The notes under the pieces are model-generated. The model was not told where the DNA came from, did not search any database, and was given only the letters and a program-made list of their open reading frames with translations. This document shows positions 1 through 14,780 of a stretch of DNA of 64,000 bases, piece by piece. The stretch spans positions 56,110,001 through 56,174,000 of the forward strand of contig OX597817.1 in NCBI GenBank assembly GCA_951406725.2. The letters are read 5' to 3'. The translations under genes and the position numbers were made by a program. The stretch is from Octopus vulgaris (lineage: Eukaryota). Position 1 is the first letter of the stretch; each line of letters opens with the position of its first letter.

Positions 1-1
1 A

Positions 2-38
<37 letters not shown>

Positions 39-230
39 ATATTGTTAGCACGCCGGACAAACTGTTTAGTACCATTTTCTCCGACTTCTTTATACGTTCT
101 GTTCAAATTTGACTTAGCGTTTCGCTCTCTTAATATCGATAAAATAAATACCAGTTGCGTACTGGGGTCCATGCAATTGACTACGACCCCCACTTTCTAT
201 TGCAGGCATTGTACCAAAATATGAAACCCC

Positions 231-284
<54 letters not shown>

Positions 285-1219
285 CGTCATCATTATTATT
301 AATTGAATGCCTCCGTCTCTTCCTCTCCCTCTTCCTCCGCTTTCTCATCAACATCATTGTAATCGCCGTCTCCATCAATAGCAGAGTTATTCCTTTGAAG
401 TTTACATACCAACCCTCCCTACCCATCCTCACCCCACGTGAGTCCAACAAGGCTCCCTCTTACTCCACGTTTCATCACCACCCTCTCCCCCTAACACACA
501 GCAAAATCAATAATATCACACCCACCACCATCGCCGCCGCCACCACCACCACCGCCAACGCCGCCGACAACTTCGTCATTCATCAACCGCAGCCTCGGCT
601 AACTTCATCGTCACATCCTCATCCTCACACCACAGCATCGCTCTTACACACACATACGCACAAAAAAAAAACTCATCTAACCAGCCAATCAACCAGCCAA
701 CCAACCAGCGAAAACCGTCCCTCCCTCCCTCCCCCACTACCTTCCTTCGATCGATCGAACCGCCATCCATCCATCCATCCATGCTTTCATTCATTCATCC
801 ATTCATCAAATCTGTTCCGACTTCCACGTCCCACCGCCAACAAGCCAGCCAGCCAACCAGCCAACCCACCAACCAACCAGTTGGTTGGAAAATGCTGACA
901 GACAGACAGACAGACAGACTGAAGGACTGACAGAAAGTCACACAGACAGTCAGACAGATAGACACAGAGTGGCAGACGAACGGATAGACGGGCAGACAGG
1001 CGACCGGTAGAGATATCGTTCAGTTAAATGTTATGCAGTGAACCGACACAGGCAGTGTTGGGAGCTTTTACACAATCGAAGCTGCCAAGGGGGATAAAAA
1101 AATAATAATTATTATTCCTAAAGTCAGCATTCCACTCAGCGTCCATATTGATGACCCGTATAACACGTCAAACCAGCAATGTCTTTCCATTTTGTCCTCC
1201 TCATAGCACTTCAATACCT

Positions 1220-1258
<39 letters not shown>

Positions 1259-1557
1259 CCTTCTGAACACATACATATATGACACGAATGTACACGTAAG
1301 CGTATAAACGTTGGATTTCATTGGAGTACAAAGTACATTGACTGCTATACGTACATGGATACTCTGTGAGAAGAATATAGAAGTACGTTAGAAAAATGGA
1401 GTACACTTCATGTTTTGTAGAACAGGATTACAGGATACAGAGTACCAGATTCTTCGGATTTTGGGAGTATATCTTTGGAGTAAAACGAAACTGAAAATTG
1501 TTTCATATACAGCGGCAAATACGTTATGTCTACATTTTCATAGAAACATACACCTGC

Positions 1558-1645
<88 letters not shown>

Positions 1646-1918
1646 ATAGAAAGGTGTCTGTGTGTATGCTTGTATGTTTATGACAAATATTTATGGCTTT
1701 ATTCAAATATAATTTATTTTAAAAGAAATGAGAAGCAAACAGAAAATGAAAGGATTCGCTCCATTAGAGAAAGACAATATTTAGAATATCTGCAATGGTG
1801 AAATTCTTCAAAGATTAATATCTATCTATCTATCTAAAGATCTATCTATCTACCTACCTACTATATATTCATTCACACACACACACATACATGTATATAC
1901 ACAATGCACACACATAGT

Positions 1919-1989
<71 letters not shown>

Positions 1990-2046
1990 CTATGAATGTA
2001 TATGCGTATACATGCATATATACGTGTGTATGGATGTGCATGTATG

Positions 2047-2090
<44 letters not shown>

Positions 2091-2124
2091 AAAAAAACAT
2101 ATGCATATACATATATAGAGATAA

Positions 2125-2179
<55 letters not shown>

Positions 2180-2198
2180 TAACTACACATGTGTGTGA

Positions 2199-2229
<31 letters not shown>

Positions 2230-2447
2230 TAATAATATTTGCAGGCATACATATTAATAATCGGTTCCATTGTCTTCCCGTTGCGTCATTGAAATTATGT
2301 TTGTGAGACGGAATATTTTACTCACTTCAATCAGGAATGTTGCATCGAAACCACCAGTAAGTCTAGTCTCCAACCATTTTATTGCATTTTAGTTCAAACG
2401 TTATATTTGTTTTGTAATTTACTCATCCTTGTAACAATGCTTGCGTC

Positions 2448-2517
<70 letters not shown>

Positions 2518-2533
2518 CATGTAGATATAGATA

Positions 2534-2621
<88 letters not shown>

Positions 2622-2655
2622 TATATATTTATTTATTTATTTATATATATGCATA

Positions 2656-2699
<44 letters not shown>

Positions 2700-2977
2700 G
2701 CGTATGCATGTATATGTATATCTATATATATGCCCACAAACATTTATTACCACACATATACATATACATACATATATATATATTATATACTTTATTAATG
2801 AATTCCTACACGATGCCGCATTCACGGTAAATCTACGCTTCTCACTTTATATACATACATATAACTATATACATACATGCATGCACGCATACTCACACAT
2901 GCATGTATATATATAAATATATACACACACACATAGATATACATATATATATTATATATATATATATATATATATGC

Positions 2978-3039
<62 letters not shown>

Positions 3040-3745
3040 TTGTGTGTGTATGTATAATATTACAATGTATAGGACTGCATTAATATGGTGGCGTCATGTT
3101 ATGTCCTCAAAATATCTTGCACCATTTTGGATTTGAGTTCTATAACATAATATCTATGTCAATGTGTATAAGTGTGTGTATGTGTGTGTTAGTGCGTGTG
3201 TGTGTGTGCTTGTGCGTGTGTGCGTGTGTGCGTGTGCGTGTGTATATGTAATGTGCATTTGAGATCACGGCCATGCTAGAACAGTGACACGGCAAAAAAT
3301 AATACAATTAACATTTCATGTATAGTGTATACATAGATACATCTGTATAATTATACACACACATATACACCCACACATATGTACATACACACGCACACAC
3401 ACACACATATATACGTAAAATCACACACAAACATACACGCATATGTCTATGCGTATATGTATACGAGGGACCTAGTCGGGGACAGAATGGAGCGTAATAT
3501 TTCGTCACGATCGCGACTGGCAGCACCTTGTTGTATTAACTCTCCCTTATACATCTGTCCATGTCACCTTCCTCTTCTAAATTTTTTAAACTTTTTCTGT
3601 GCTTTTTCCCCCCCATTTCACTTTATTCATTTTCCATGTTTAAATACTAAAGTGTATATACATTCGTATAACTGTATATATTTAAACACACATATCTAAT
3701 TACATTTGTGTGTGTTTGTGTGTGCGAATGTACAGACTCACACAC

Positions 3746-3816
<71 letters not shown>

Positions 3817-4084
3817 CATTATATATTATATATTATATATATAAGTACATATATATACATGTATGTATGTATGTTTGTATATGTATATTCCTTGTATCCA
3901 GATCCTTCATTTTCTTGTTCTTTCAACATCTCTTATTGGATATCACGTGTTATACAATCGTCTCATGTGAGCCCTTTTTTCTCATGTGACCCCTATTACG
4001 TATCACAATCTACATAATCAGCACCATTACTTTCGTCATCAACCACGCCAATAATTGTACTATCATTAATATTACTACTACTAC

Positions 4085-4147
<63 letters not shown>

Positions 4148-5359
4148 CATTACCACTTTGGCAAACGGGCAGAATCGTCACCGCACCGGACAAAAAGCTA
4201 AACGATATTTCTTCCGTCTTTGTGTTTGTGTCCAAACACCGCCGCGATCGACTTTGCATTTCCTCGATCTATTTTGAGCACTAGGATCGATTTGATGGAC
4301 TTAGCCCCTTCTCCGAAATTGCTAGCCTTGTGCCAAATTTTGAAATTGTCATTATTCATTTTAGTTAATTAAAAATTAAACCTTTTATTTAATATATGCA
4401 TTTAATTGAATGCTAGTTTTTCGTTTGTTGGTATTTTTGCTGTTTAGCCCTCGGTCATCGCTGGCAGTACGAAACCATCACTGAATACATTCCACCTGTA
4501 ACCGTTTCGTTTTTTGCTCCTTTAGCCAAGGGACACATTATCCAACTTGTCCTTTTTCGAAGAAGGGTTAGAGTAATTCGGGGCAAATTTAGCTGCTAAT
4601 TCTTGCAGGCCTGGCTAAGTAACTCTATAATCAAGGACCTTCCAGCGATGACCATCCACTCCTTCCCTAATGCGTTGAATACCTGAGACTACATAGTTTG
4701 AATGTGCTCGTCAATTTTGAAGTCGGTATAGTGTGATTTGAGGAGAATTCAGCTGCTATTTCTAGCAATCGTAATGGCTCGGTAAATGTTCTCTTGTTGT
4801 TGTCTGTTATATTCTAGGTTCAAATTGATTTAGGTTTTGACTTTTCCCTCAGCCCTCTGAGGCCGATTCATTCATTTTTTAAAACTTTTTTCTGAATTAA
4901 TGTTTACCCTGAGTGAAGTTTAGGGTCCATATTTTAAATTGCACATATAGTCATGCAAATAACATATTTTTCGAATCACTCCATCGATTTTTCTAAGAAT
5001 GGAGAACAATCATTAATCCAGGCCCCGTAATCTCCTTTTCCAGCCACGTAGAGGCTGGTAAGAAGAGGCATAACTTGAACTCAGAACACAGAAAGCAGAA
5101 ACGGATAACGCAGGCGTCTTGTCCGTTTCTCAAGCTTCTACGCTTATTCTTACTTCTTGATTAGCACACTTTTATCAACCCCGAACGGATAAAAAATTGT
5201 GATGATCACGCCCGCATGTGAAATCAGCTTCTAGAAATTTAAAACGAGTAGACCAACCCATTTTGTACGACAATCCAACAACTCTCTCAGTTCACTTTCT
5301 GCGACATATCAGACAGATATATCAGCCATACACTTGGTTTAATATTAGCCAAGGATTTG

Positions 5360-5569
5360 AAGGCGGCGAGCTGACAGAAACGTTAGCACGCCGGGAGAAA
5401 TGCGCAGCCGTATTTCGTCTGCCGTTAAGTTCTGAGCTCAAATTCCGCCGAGGTCGACTTTGCCTTTCATCCTTTCGAGGTCGATAAATTAAGTACCAGT
5501 TGCATACTGGGATCGATATAATCGACTGGGCCCTGCCTCCCTAAAGATTTTGTGTCTTGAGCAGAAAAG
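5360..5569 (+). mobile_element. tRNA-derived SINE group 1 (Meta-domain-like core), full length
   Basis: GGCGGCGAGCTG.CAGAA head, B-box-like G.TCAAATTCC, core GTCGACTTTGCCTTTCATCCTTTCG.GGTCGATAAATTAAGTACCAG. TSD AATATTAGCyAAGGAT at 5341-5356 and 5570-5585. Confidence 0.9.
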
Positions 5570-5842
5570 AATATTAGCTAAGGATAAATTTATTTGTGCC
5601 CGTTGTATTCTAATAGCTCTTCTTTTGCTGTTCATGTTTTAAGGTTCTAAATTAAATAGAAACCGCATGCTAAGCTACAGATTATCTTTCAATCCTAAAT
5701 GCTACTAAAAAAAAAATAACGAAACGAGAGACACAGGCACAGTTACAAAAATAAACCTTGAAATCTGCTCGAATTTACGTCAACAGTTTATCCCACACTA
5801 CAAAGGGGTCTATTTTCACTACTACTACTACTACTACTACTA

Positions 5843-5885
<43 letters not shown>

Positions 5886-6353
5886 GCTGCTGCTGCTGTT
5901 GCTACATAGGTGCTACGTGGCAATATGTTAAAGAAGCTTCCTCATGGATCACCACGCTTCGGACTCGATCCCACTTCGTGTAAGTTAAGGGCGTGACTTT
6001 TACCACGGTCACGCTCCGACCCCAGCCGTGTGAGTGACATTGTATAAGTAGAATTTGTGTGGGTGGATTGAAGGGTCGGACGACTGCTGATATCGGTAAT
6101 TCCAAGGGTACGGCCGTGTCCTATTTCACGTTAGGTTGATTATGTCTGACTGTTGCGTTAAGATTACATCATCACACACTTGAACGTTAGTACCTAGAAT
6201 TCCAGGACCCATACGGCCTAGGGCCTCTTACCCTAATTCTATGGCGTTTAAATGGATGAGGTCCCAACATGCCTCCGCTTCCCCACCTCCGAACGGGACG
6301 CTAATCCATGGTGCGGTCACTCACAGCTGAGTATACTGGAGCGAGATGAAAGG

Positions 6354-6770
6354 AATGTTCCACCTTCGAATTAGAGCATGTATCCCTGCCTCGTAAAATT
6401 CTGTTGACTGTTCTTTGAATCACTTCTTGACTACAATTTTCACTTCCTCATCACTGGAATAATTTAGTGCCTTCATCTCTTCAGCCCCATGAAAGACGGT
6501 TTGAGGTGCATACATTATTCCAGTGACAAGGAAGTGAAAACTGTAGTGAAGAAGTGGCTCAAAGAACAGTCAACAGAATTTTACGGGGCAGGGATACATG
6601 CTCTCATTCGAAGGTGGAACATTGCTATTGAGAGAAACAGTGACTATGTTGAGAAGTAGGGATATGGTCCACAGAGGACCAGCTTCATTTTGATGTATGA
6701 TACATGTTCCTGTATTGATAATTATACCTGTCCTAAACAAAATGGCATTACTTTTTGACTCATCCTCGTA
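6354..6770 (+). mobile_element. Mariner transposon 3' relic with an internal inverted duplication
   Basis: HLFSPMKDGLRCIHYSSDKEVKTVVKKWLKEQSTEFYGAGIHALIRRWNIAIERNSDYVEK*. Terminal ACTTTTTGACTCATCCTCG-TA is a mariner-type TIR plus TA. Confidence 0.85.
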
Positions 6771-7517
6771 GTTTGAGGACTGGCAGGGTTTACGACCGTC
6801 AAATTCTTTGTGTAATTTCTTTTCAGCACTTATTTTTCCATGTTCAAATATCACTTGTTTCGGTTTAGCTTTTCATCCTTCTAGGGGGTCTATAAAATGA
6901 AATTCCATTCAAGTGCCGGAGTCGATTTTTGCATCTAGCCTAGTATTTCCCAATAATTTTCTCCGACGCACCCGTTTGATTACCATTTTACTCGGATGGA
7001 CCCTCTTAAACATTCGATATCTAAGAAAATCTTTTGTTTTTATATTTAAATAATTTTAAGAATTGTTTTTGAGAAATTGATAAAATATTTTGCGAACTGT
7101 AGAAGTAGAACTAGCTTGTTGTAGATAAACGTCAACAACAAATTCTTGTGGTCCCTATTTGAGAATCGCCGGCCCATCCCCTAAATACCAAGATTTCTGG
7201 TATTGTGGTTATATTAGAAATAATTATTTATATTAGAAAGAGTAATAATTAAATCTTTGAGAACATAACTGGAATCGACGAGATTTTTTTTGCTATTGAG
7301 TTGGATGTTGTCGCTGGTAGTGTCTTTGATGATGATGAGGAGGAGGAGGAGGACGACGACGACGATGATGACGACGACGACGACGATGATGATGATAACG
7401 ATGATGATATTGATGATGATGATGACGATGATGGTGACGAGGACGGCAACAATGACGATTGTAATTGTGATACGCGTGGTGGCGTTGATGGTGATAAACG
7501 ACGACGATGTCGATGAC

Positions 7518-7564
<47 letters not shown>

Positions 7565-8322
7565 GATTTTCGCGTAAATATTTTTTTCCTGCTCTTCCTC
7601 ATTTTTGTTCATATGTTGTAATCGGTAAAGCGCCCCCAAGAAAATTACATTTGGTATCTAGCAGCCCCTCCAAATTTCACAGCTGAAATCCCACCAAGCC
7701 AGGCTTCGTTTTTTTTTTTTTCCTTAGTTTTTATTATTCTTTATTTTTGCTTCCAGCAGTCTTTCATAATCAACTGAAACAAAATACAAATCCAAGAATA
7801 AATTCGATTTACTCCGTTATTCTCTTCACCGCTGCCCGAAATACGACGAACTGTGCCCCACTCGTCCTCAGTAACAGTTATGCAGCAGCGTGGTACACGA
7901 TGTAATCTTTCATCTAATGCCTGTTACTTGTTTCAGACATTAGAATGCGCTCATGCTAAGGCACTGCATTGAAGAATTTTAGTCGAACGACTGGTATCTA
8001 TTCTATTGGTCTTTTTCGCCAAATCAGTAAATTGCGGAGACGTAAACACACCAACACCGGTTATCAAGCGGTAATAGGACAAACACAGACACAAAGGCAC
8101 ACACACACATACGGCGGTCTTCTTTCAGTTTCCGTCTATCAAATCCACTCACAATGCTTTGGTCGATCCGAGGTTATAGTAGAAGTCACTTGCCCAAGTT
8201 GCCACGCAGTGGGACTGAACCCATAAACATGTGGTTAGGAAGCAAACTTCTTACCACACAGCCACGCCTGCAATAGTTATACAATGTTATACAATGCCAT
8301 AGCAATGTGTTATACAACAATA

Positions 8323-8540
8323 GAGCGGCGAGCTGGCAGAATGGTTAGTACGCCAGGCAAAATCCTTAACGGTGTTTCGTCTGTCTTTACGTTCTGAGGT
8401 CAATTTCCGCTGAGGTCGAATTTGCCTTTTATCCTTTCGGGGCCAATAAACTAAGTACCAGTTGCATAGTGGGGTCGATCTAGTCAACTGGCCCCGCCCC
8501 TAAAATTTCAGGCCTTTCGCCTAGAATAGAAGAGAATATG
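8323..8540 (+). mobile_element. SINE group 1 copy. Other plus-strand copies or fragments: ~42-225, 4166-4345, 17725-17945, 18095-18240, 20113-20262, 21753-21965, 26118-26312, 58200-58385.
   Basis: Same head, core and tail as 5360-5569. Confidence 0.85.
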
Positions 8541-8667
8541 TTATATAGTAGCGAAAGTCTATGTTCGGCTTTATATCAGTGTCAATGACTCCATTGTACG
8601 TTATGACCAGCAAGATTAAGAAAGAATATTCTGCTACGAAACAAACGCTACACACACTCATGTATCG

Positions 8668-8702
<35 letters not shown>

Positions 8703-9275
8703 GCTCGGAAAAGTACACACACACACATGCATACACACACACAATGAGATTCCTCTGTACACATTTCATATTGCGTATGTGTGTTTGTGTGTGTATATAT
8801 ATGTATGTATGTATGTACGTATGTATGTATGTATATTACATATGTACATGTACTGTTACCAAAAGCCTGGATGCATGGTTTTCAGTTATTCCATTAATGA
8901 AAAGTGCATTACATGTACGTTTTATAGTATTTATTTTCCCTATATTCCTATATAATTATATTACTTTCTCTACACATCCGATGTCATAGGCCAAGCAGTT
9001 TTCATGGGTTTCCACCGCTGGACTTAAACCCTCCAGTCCCCGTTCTTTTAAGTTCCATAATTTCTCATTCTTTTTGTTGTTTGGTGTTAACTTTTCGTTC
9101 CCAAATTTGGATTTCGAATTTAGGCACAAGGTCAACAAAATCAGGGGAGAAGCTAAGTTGATTATATCGACATCCCAACGTTCAACTGGTGCTTTTTTAT
9201 CGACCTCGAAAGGGTGAAAAGCAAAGTCGACCTCGGCGGAATTTAATCTCAGAACGTAACGGCAGACGAAATACC

Positions 9276-9509
9276 TATTTCTTTATTACCCACAAGGGGC
9301 TAAACACAGAGAGGACAAACAAGGACAGAAATGGGTATTAAGTCGATTACATCGACCCCAGTGCGTAACTGGTACTTATTTAATCGACCCCGAAAGGATG
9401 AAAGGCAAAGTCGACCACGGCGGAATTTAATCTCAGAACGTGACGGCAGACGAAATACCGCTAGGGATTTCGCCCGGCGTGCTAACGTTTCTGCCAGCTC
9501 GCCGCCTTA
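9276..9509 (-). mobile_element. SINE group 1 variant with a Tx1-like 3' tail, nested in another group 1 copy (host 9110-9275 and 9510-9552)
   Basis: Full head and core. 14-bp TSD GCrGACGAAATACC at 9262-9275 and 9510-9523. Confidence 0.9.
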
Positions 9510-10410
9510 GCGGACGAAATACCGCTAAGCATTTTACCGGTCGCGCTAACGTCTCTGCCATCGCGTCGCCTATTTCTTTCCCAAACATGTTCATGGGAAG
9601 AGGTTTTATCTTCTAATTACGGAGATGATCCAAGTCCATACAAGATTTCCGGTTAACATTCATGAGACTTTAACCACATTTACATATAGTCTGTCGAACG
9701 TTCCCTTGTGGTATTTTCTCTGACATAGAACTGCGTGTGTCTTACTCTTTTTCAACGACAATATATATATATTTCTAGTTAAATCTTTAAGCCTCCACGC
9801 ATTAAATACTTTCATACTAACTCATATATTTCTGAAATATAATTAAGTGAAATATAATCCCACTTTTTCCTTAAATTTCTGTTTTCTGAAACTCATTGCC
9901 ATTTTCTCTTCTGCTGACCTATAATATTCACTCATTTGAGCTTTCTATTCTTCCACATCATTTCGATTTTTAGGGCCTTTTTTTCCTTCTTTATAATCGC
10001 TTATGCTACAGTAGTGGACTCAGGTGTTGTTTGAGACAAAATTTCATCAAATATGTTGTTTTTTTTTTGCTGTTGTCGTTGTTCTTGTGGTTGTTACTGT
10101 TTAGTTCTGTTCGAGCTGTCTGTACTTAAAGGCGTTCCAGTTATAACCTCTCCATTATAAAACAACGAAAGGGTAAAAGGAGAATTGGGGATTTTATGAG
10201 GGGTGATATTTCTGTCGGAATGAGTAATCCCAAGGTGACCACCTCGTTGACATAAACTCGTTATTCATAAAAAACAAAGCTTTTAAAAATTATTTCTTCA
10301 AATCTTTCGAAAACCTGATCCTAGTCACCGTAAACGTTCAACAACTGTTAACGCATCATCCATCAGTTACCTCTGATCTTATATTTACAGAATTCTTTGT
10401 ACCATTAATA

Positions 10411-10673
10411 GTGGAGGCGCGTGGCTTAGTGGTTGGGGTGTCAGCATCATGATCGTAAGATTGTGGTTTCGGTTCCTGGACCGGGTGACGCGTTGTGTCC
10501 TTGAGCAAAACACTTAATTTCACGTTGCTCCAGTTCACTCAGCTGGCAAAAATGAGTAACGCTGCGATGGACTGGCGTCCCGTCCAGCTGGGGAACACAT
10601 ACGTCATAGAATCCGGGAAACCGGGCCCATGAGCCTGGCTAGGATATAAAAGGGCGCATTTATTTTTATATTA
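10411..10673 (+). mobile_element. tRNA-derived SINE group 3, body B plus tail 1
   Basis: GTGGAGGCGCGTGGCTTAGTGG head with A/B boxes. 13-bp TSD TTGTACCATTAAT at 10397-10409 and 10674-10686. Confidence 0.88.
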
Positions 10674-11869
10674 TTGTACCATTAATCATCTCCGATAAAA
10701 TCCTAGTTATTTTATTTCTACTTTGTTTTAACTACCATAGTCTTAATGATGCTAGACCTCCACCTGGTGTAAAGCACATGTTTTCAAGCTATATAGGGCA
10801 AAGTGTAACCCCACGATTTGCCAAATTTCAGTTCTTAGTTGTAATATATTTCACGTCACTCACACGCGTGTAACCAATACGTAAAAGAAAAAAAAATCTG
10901 CGTAAAACAATTTCTTTTCATTGTCCTATAAATAGACATCTTTGAATTTAATTTTGCTTGTTTAATTAACATATTGGCAAGCTTCGCAATCTCCTTCAGG
11001 TCAAATCTTGGCTAGACGAGAGTCTGAGGTTTCAATGCACACACAAAACTACACTTAATTTTACATTTTAATTTTCTTTTTAAAGCAAAGTATTGGCAAG
11101 CGATGAGAAGAAACCTTAGTACACCCATGAAATCGGTCTTTGTCTAATCGAAATTTAGCATTGAGAAAACTTCAGTACACCCCCCCACACACACACTCAT
11201 ACACGCTCACACATACAAACACACATGAAGCTTGGAGTTAAATGTTTTTACCTCACACGTGTGGCCGATCACCAAAGAGAAACCACAGTCAGCATTATAT
11301 CATATGTCCAGCTCACCTCGCCTAACTGATGTCTAGTAATTTATACAACTTTACAAGGTCTCAGAAGGACCGACAGGATCTTGGTAACATGTTGCATAAA
11401 CCCCCAAAATTTGTTGTTTGCTTGTTGTTGTTTTGGCGTTTAGTTACAGATAATTCCTGACCCAACAGGTTACGTTCAATGGCGTTCAAGCCACGCCAAT
11501 CTCGTCTTCTTGTATATCACAAACTACATTATCGAATATAACACTTCTGTTAGTCACTAGGATTATGATTTGGGGTTAATTAACAGCGTTTTTTTAGTAA
11601 GCAGAAAATTCCCCCTTAATCCTCAGGTGTATGCTTGTAATATTTAAACTAGGGTACGGTTTTGGTTTTAGTGATAAGCATTTGTTTGATTTAGGCCGGC
11701 AATACCACCATATAAAATATACAGAGTAATTAAAATTTGAAACTAATACCAGTAATTAACACATCAATCGATTCTGTAGATGGGAAATTGTTAGAACTTG
11801 AAGACAGGTGTGCTAGAGCTCTTGACTCTGTCAAATACATTATGTGTATCATATCTATCCATCTGTCTG

Positions 11870-11941
<72 letters not shown>

Positions 11942-12719
11942 CACACACACACACACACATATATATATACAAATATCTATCTATCTAACCGTCTATTTAT
12001 TTATCTATCAATCTATCTATCTATTTATCTATCTATCTGTCTATCTATTTGTGTGTGTGTGCGCATACACACACACACACATATGTATATGTATGTATAT
12101 TAAGCATGTAACAATTGTGATAGTGGAGACACATTGTTTACCGTAAATTGTCCAACAAATAACATTTTACACACACACACACATACACACACACACACAC
12201 ACACACATACACACACACACATACACACACACACACACACATACACACACACTCATCTACATCTATAATTATTTCATTGTAAGAGTACTATGTCGATCAT
12301 CTCTGAATCATACGAAGCCTATTACATTCACATTCTGTCTTTTCTTTAAAGTAACTGTCTACTTTAAAGACTGAAAAATTTTCGTCGCATTTCTGCGTCC
12401 TACAAAGTCATATATAGAACATCAACAGAATGGTGTTCCGGGCATCCGCTATATAGCTTTTAACACCGTTACATGTTTAAATGGTTAAAATAACTTTCCA
12501 ACAAATTATTTGGCCCTCAACACATGCTGTCGCATTAAGTCACTTGACAACCAGGTAAAGTCCCACATCATATACTTATACACACACACGTGTAAGAGAC
12601 ACACACACTGGGTCATTGTTATGTATGTAGCCATATTACGGTAACGTCAACTCCGAAGAAGAATTTGTGAAAATATGGTTGGTTTTATTAAAAAGCATGT
12701 GTGTGTGTGTGTTATGTAA

Positions 12720-12814
<95 letters not shown>

Positions 12815-12823
12815 TATATACAC

Positions 12824-13128
12824 GTGGAGGCGCAATGTCCCAGTAGTTAGGGCAACGATTTCGCGGTCGTAGAATCGCGGTTTCGATTCCCAGACCGGGC
12901 GTTGTGAGTGTTTATTGAGCGAAAACACTTAAAAAGCTCCACAATCTCCGACAGAGGGTGGTGATCCCTGCTGTACTCTTACACCACTCTTTCTCTCATT
13001 CTTTCTTCTGTTGGCCTGTTCGCTTAGCCAGCGGGGTGGCGCCATTCGGAGGCTAAAACAATGCGAACGCATTGTGACCAGCGATGTGTAACTGCATCTG
13101 ATGGAATGGTCGGTCACGTGATCACGTG

Positions 13129-13130
<2 letters not shown>
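12824..13130 (+). mobile_element. SINE group 3, body A plus tail 3
   Basis: GTGGAGGCGCAATG.CCCAGT head and GGTTTCGATTCC B box. Ends (TCACGTGA)2. Confidence 0.85.
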
Positions 13131-13184
<54 letters not shown>

Positions 13185-13230
13185 TTCAAAATGTAACCAC
13201 ATGTCTTCCGTTTCTATTAGACTCTCCTCT

Positions 13231-13265
13231 GTTTCTGAAGAAGTGCTTTGCTCGAAACGTTAAAC
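13231..13265 (+). ncRNA. Minimal hammerhead motif, probable Penelope pLTR relic
   Basis: GTTT-CTGAAGA-AGTGC-TTT-GCTC-GAAACGTT-AAAC. Stem I is GTTT/AAAC, stem III is the loopless palindrome AACGTT, and stem II is imperfect. Confidence 0.55.
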
Positions 13266-13363
13266 CATCTTTCTTTCCTTTCCTGAGCGTCTGTTAATAC
13301 TTTACATGTACCACGTCCACGCGTTGCTGTTTTTCTACGTTTGTTCATCTTCTTTTTGGGATT

Positions 13364-13433
<70 letters not shown>

Positions 13434-14694
13434 GTATACATGCATATATGTATGTATGTATGTATGTATGTATACACACACACTCTTGCATAAGATCCAA
13501 TTTTATAATATTTCATATACTTGTGTGCGTGTGTGTCTGTGTTGCTGTGTCTATGTGCATGTATGTGTGTATGTGTACACCCTGGTATATGTGCACACAT
13601 ATATTCTTTTATTTGTTTCAGTCATTTGACTTCAGCCATGCTGAAGCACCGCCTTTAGTCGAACAAATCGATCCCAGGGCTTATTCTTTGTAGACCTAGT
13701 ACTTATTCTCTCGTCCTCTTTTGCCGGACCGCTAAGTTACGTAAGCGTGAACACACCAACATCGATTGTCAAGCGATGGTGGAAGGACAAACACACACAC
13801 ACACACACATACACACACACACACATATACGACGGATTTCTTTCAGTTTCCGTCTACCAAATCCACTCACAAGGCTTTGACCGGCCCGAGACTATAGTAG
13901 AAGGCACTTGCACAAGGTGCCACGTGGTTGGTAAGCAAGCTACTTACCACACAATCACTCCTGCGCCTATGTAGCAGGGATTTTTGTTCGACCCGCTCAA
14001 ACTTTGTTCAGTTGCCAATATACGAACCCAACCAACCTAGGATGACAATGAAACGAAATCACTTGCTGTACGTAGCGAACCAAAGCTTACAAATTGTTCA
14101 AGTAATCGTGTTACCTTCGTGTTTATACCCGTTCTGTATCTCCGGCCATGTCCAGGTCAACTCCTGCTCGTGATTCTATATGAGACATGACCTTGTGTAT
14201 TGTTATCTAACGTTTATGTACATCCCCATGTTGCTTCCGATCCAGCAGACCTCCAACCGTGACCATCCATATTTTCTGTTGTCGTTTCTTGTATCTGGAA
14301 TACTAAAGGTACTGTCTTGTCACGCTTTATTACGCTGATTCCGTCCGAGGATTTTCTTTAAGAGTACACGTGTCTGTGGAGTACTCAACCCGCTTATTCA
14401 TTCCAGAGCGAGCAATTTTTTCCTTTTTATTGCGCCCATGCTGGGGCAACACCTTCAACGTGTTTTGTGTCTTTTATTTTATTTTATATTATTTGTTTAT
14501 CTTTTATTGGAATAGATCAACCTCAGTATATATTTTAAAGCCTGGTGCTTATTCTACCCGCCTCTTTTGCCGAACCGCTAAGTTACGGGGACATAAGCAA
14601 ACTGACGTCGGTTGTTAAGCGGTTGTAGAAAACAAACACAGGATTCACACATGGGTGTAAATACACACGTACACACACACACACACACATACAT

Positions 14695-14780
<86 letters not shown>

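Noticed and set aside
155-898. 247-aa ORF
   Set aside because: It is made of a SINE fragment, (TTA)n and low-complexity C/A-rich repeats, with no domain signal.
7214-7639. Overlapping poly-Ser/His/Asp ORFs
   Set aside because: These are translations of (GAT/GAC)n repeats that stay open in several frames.
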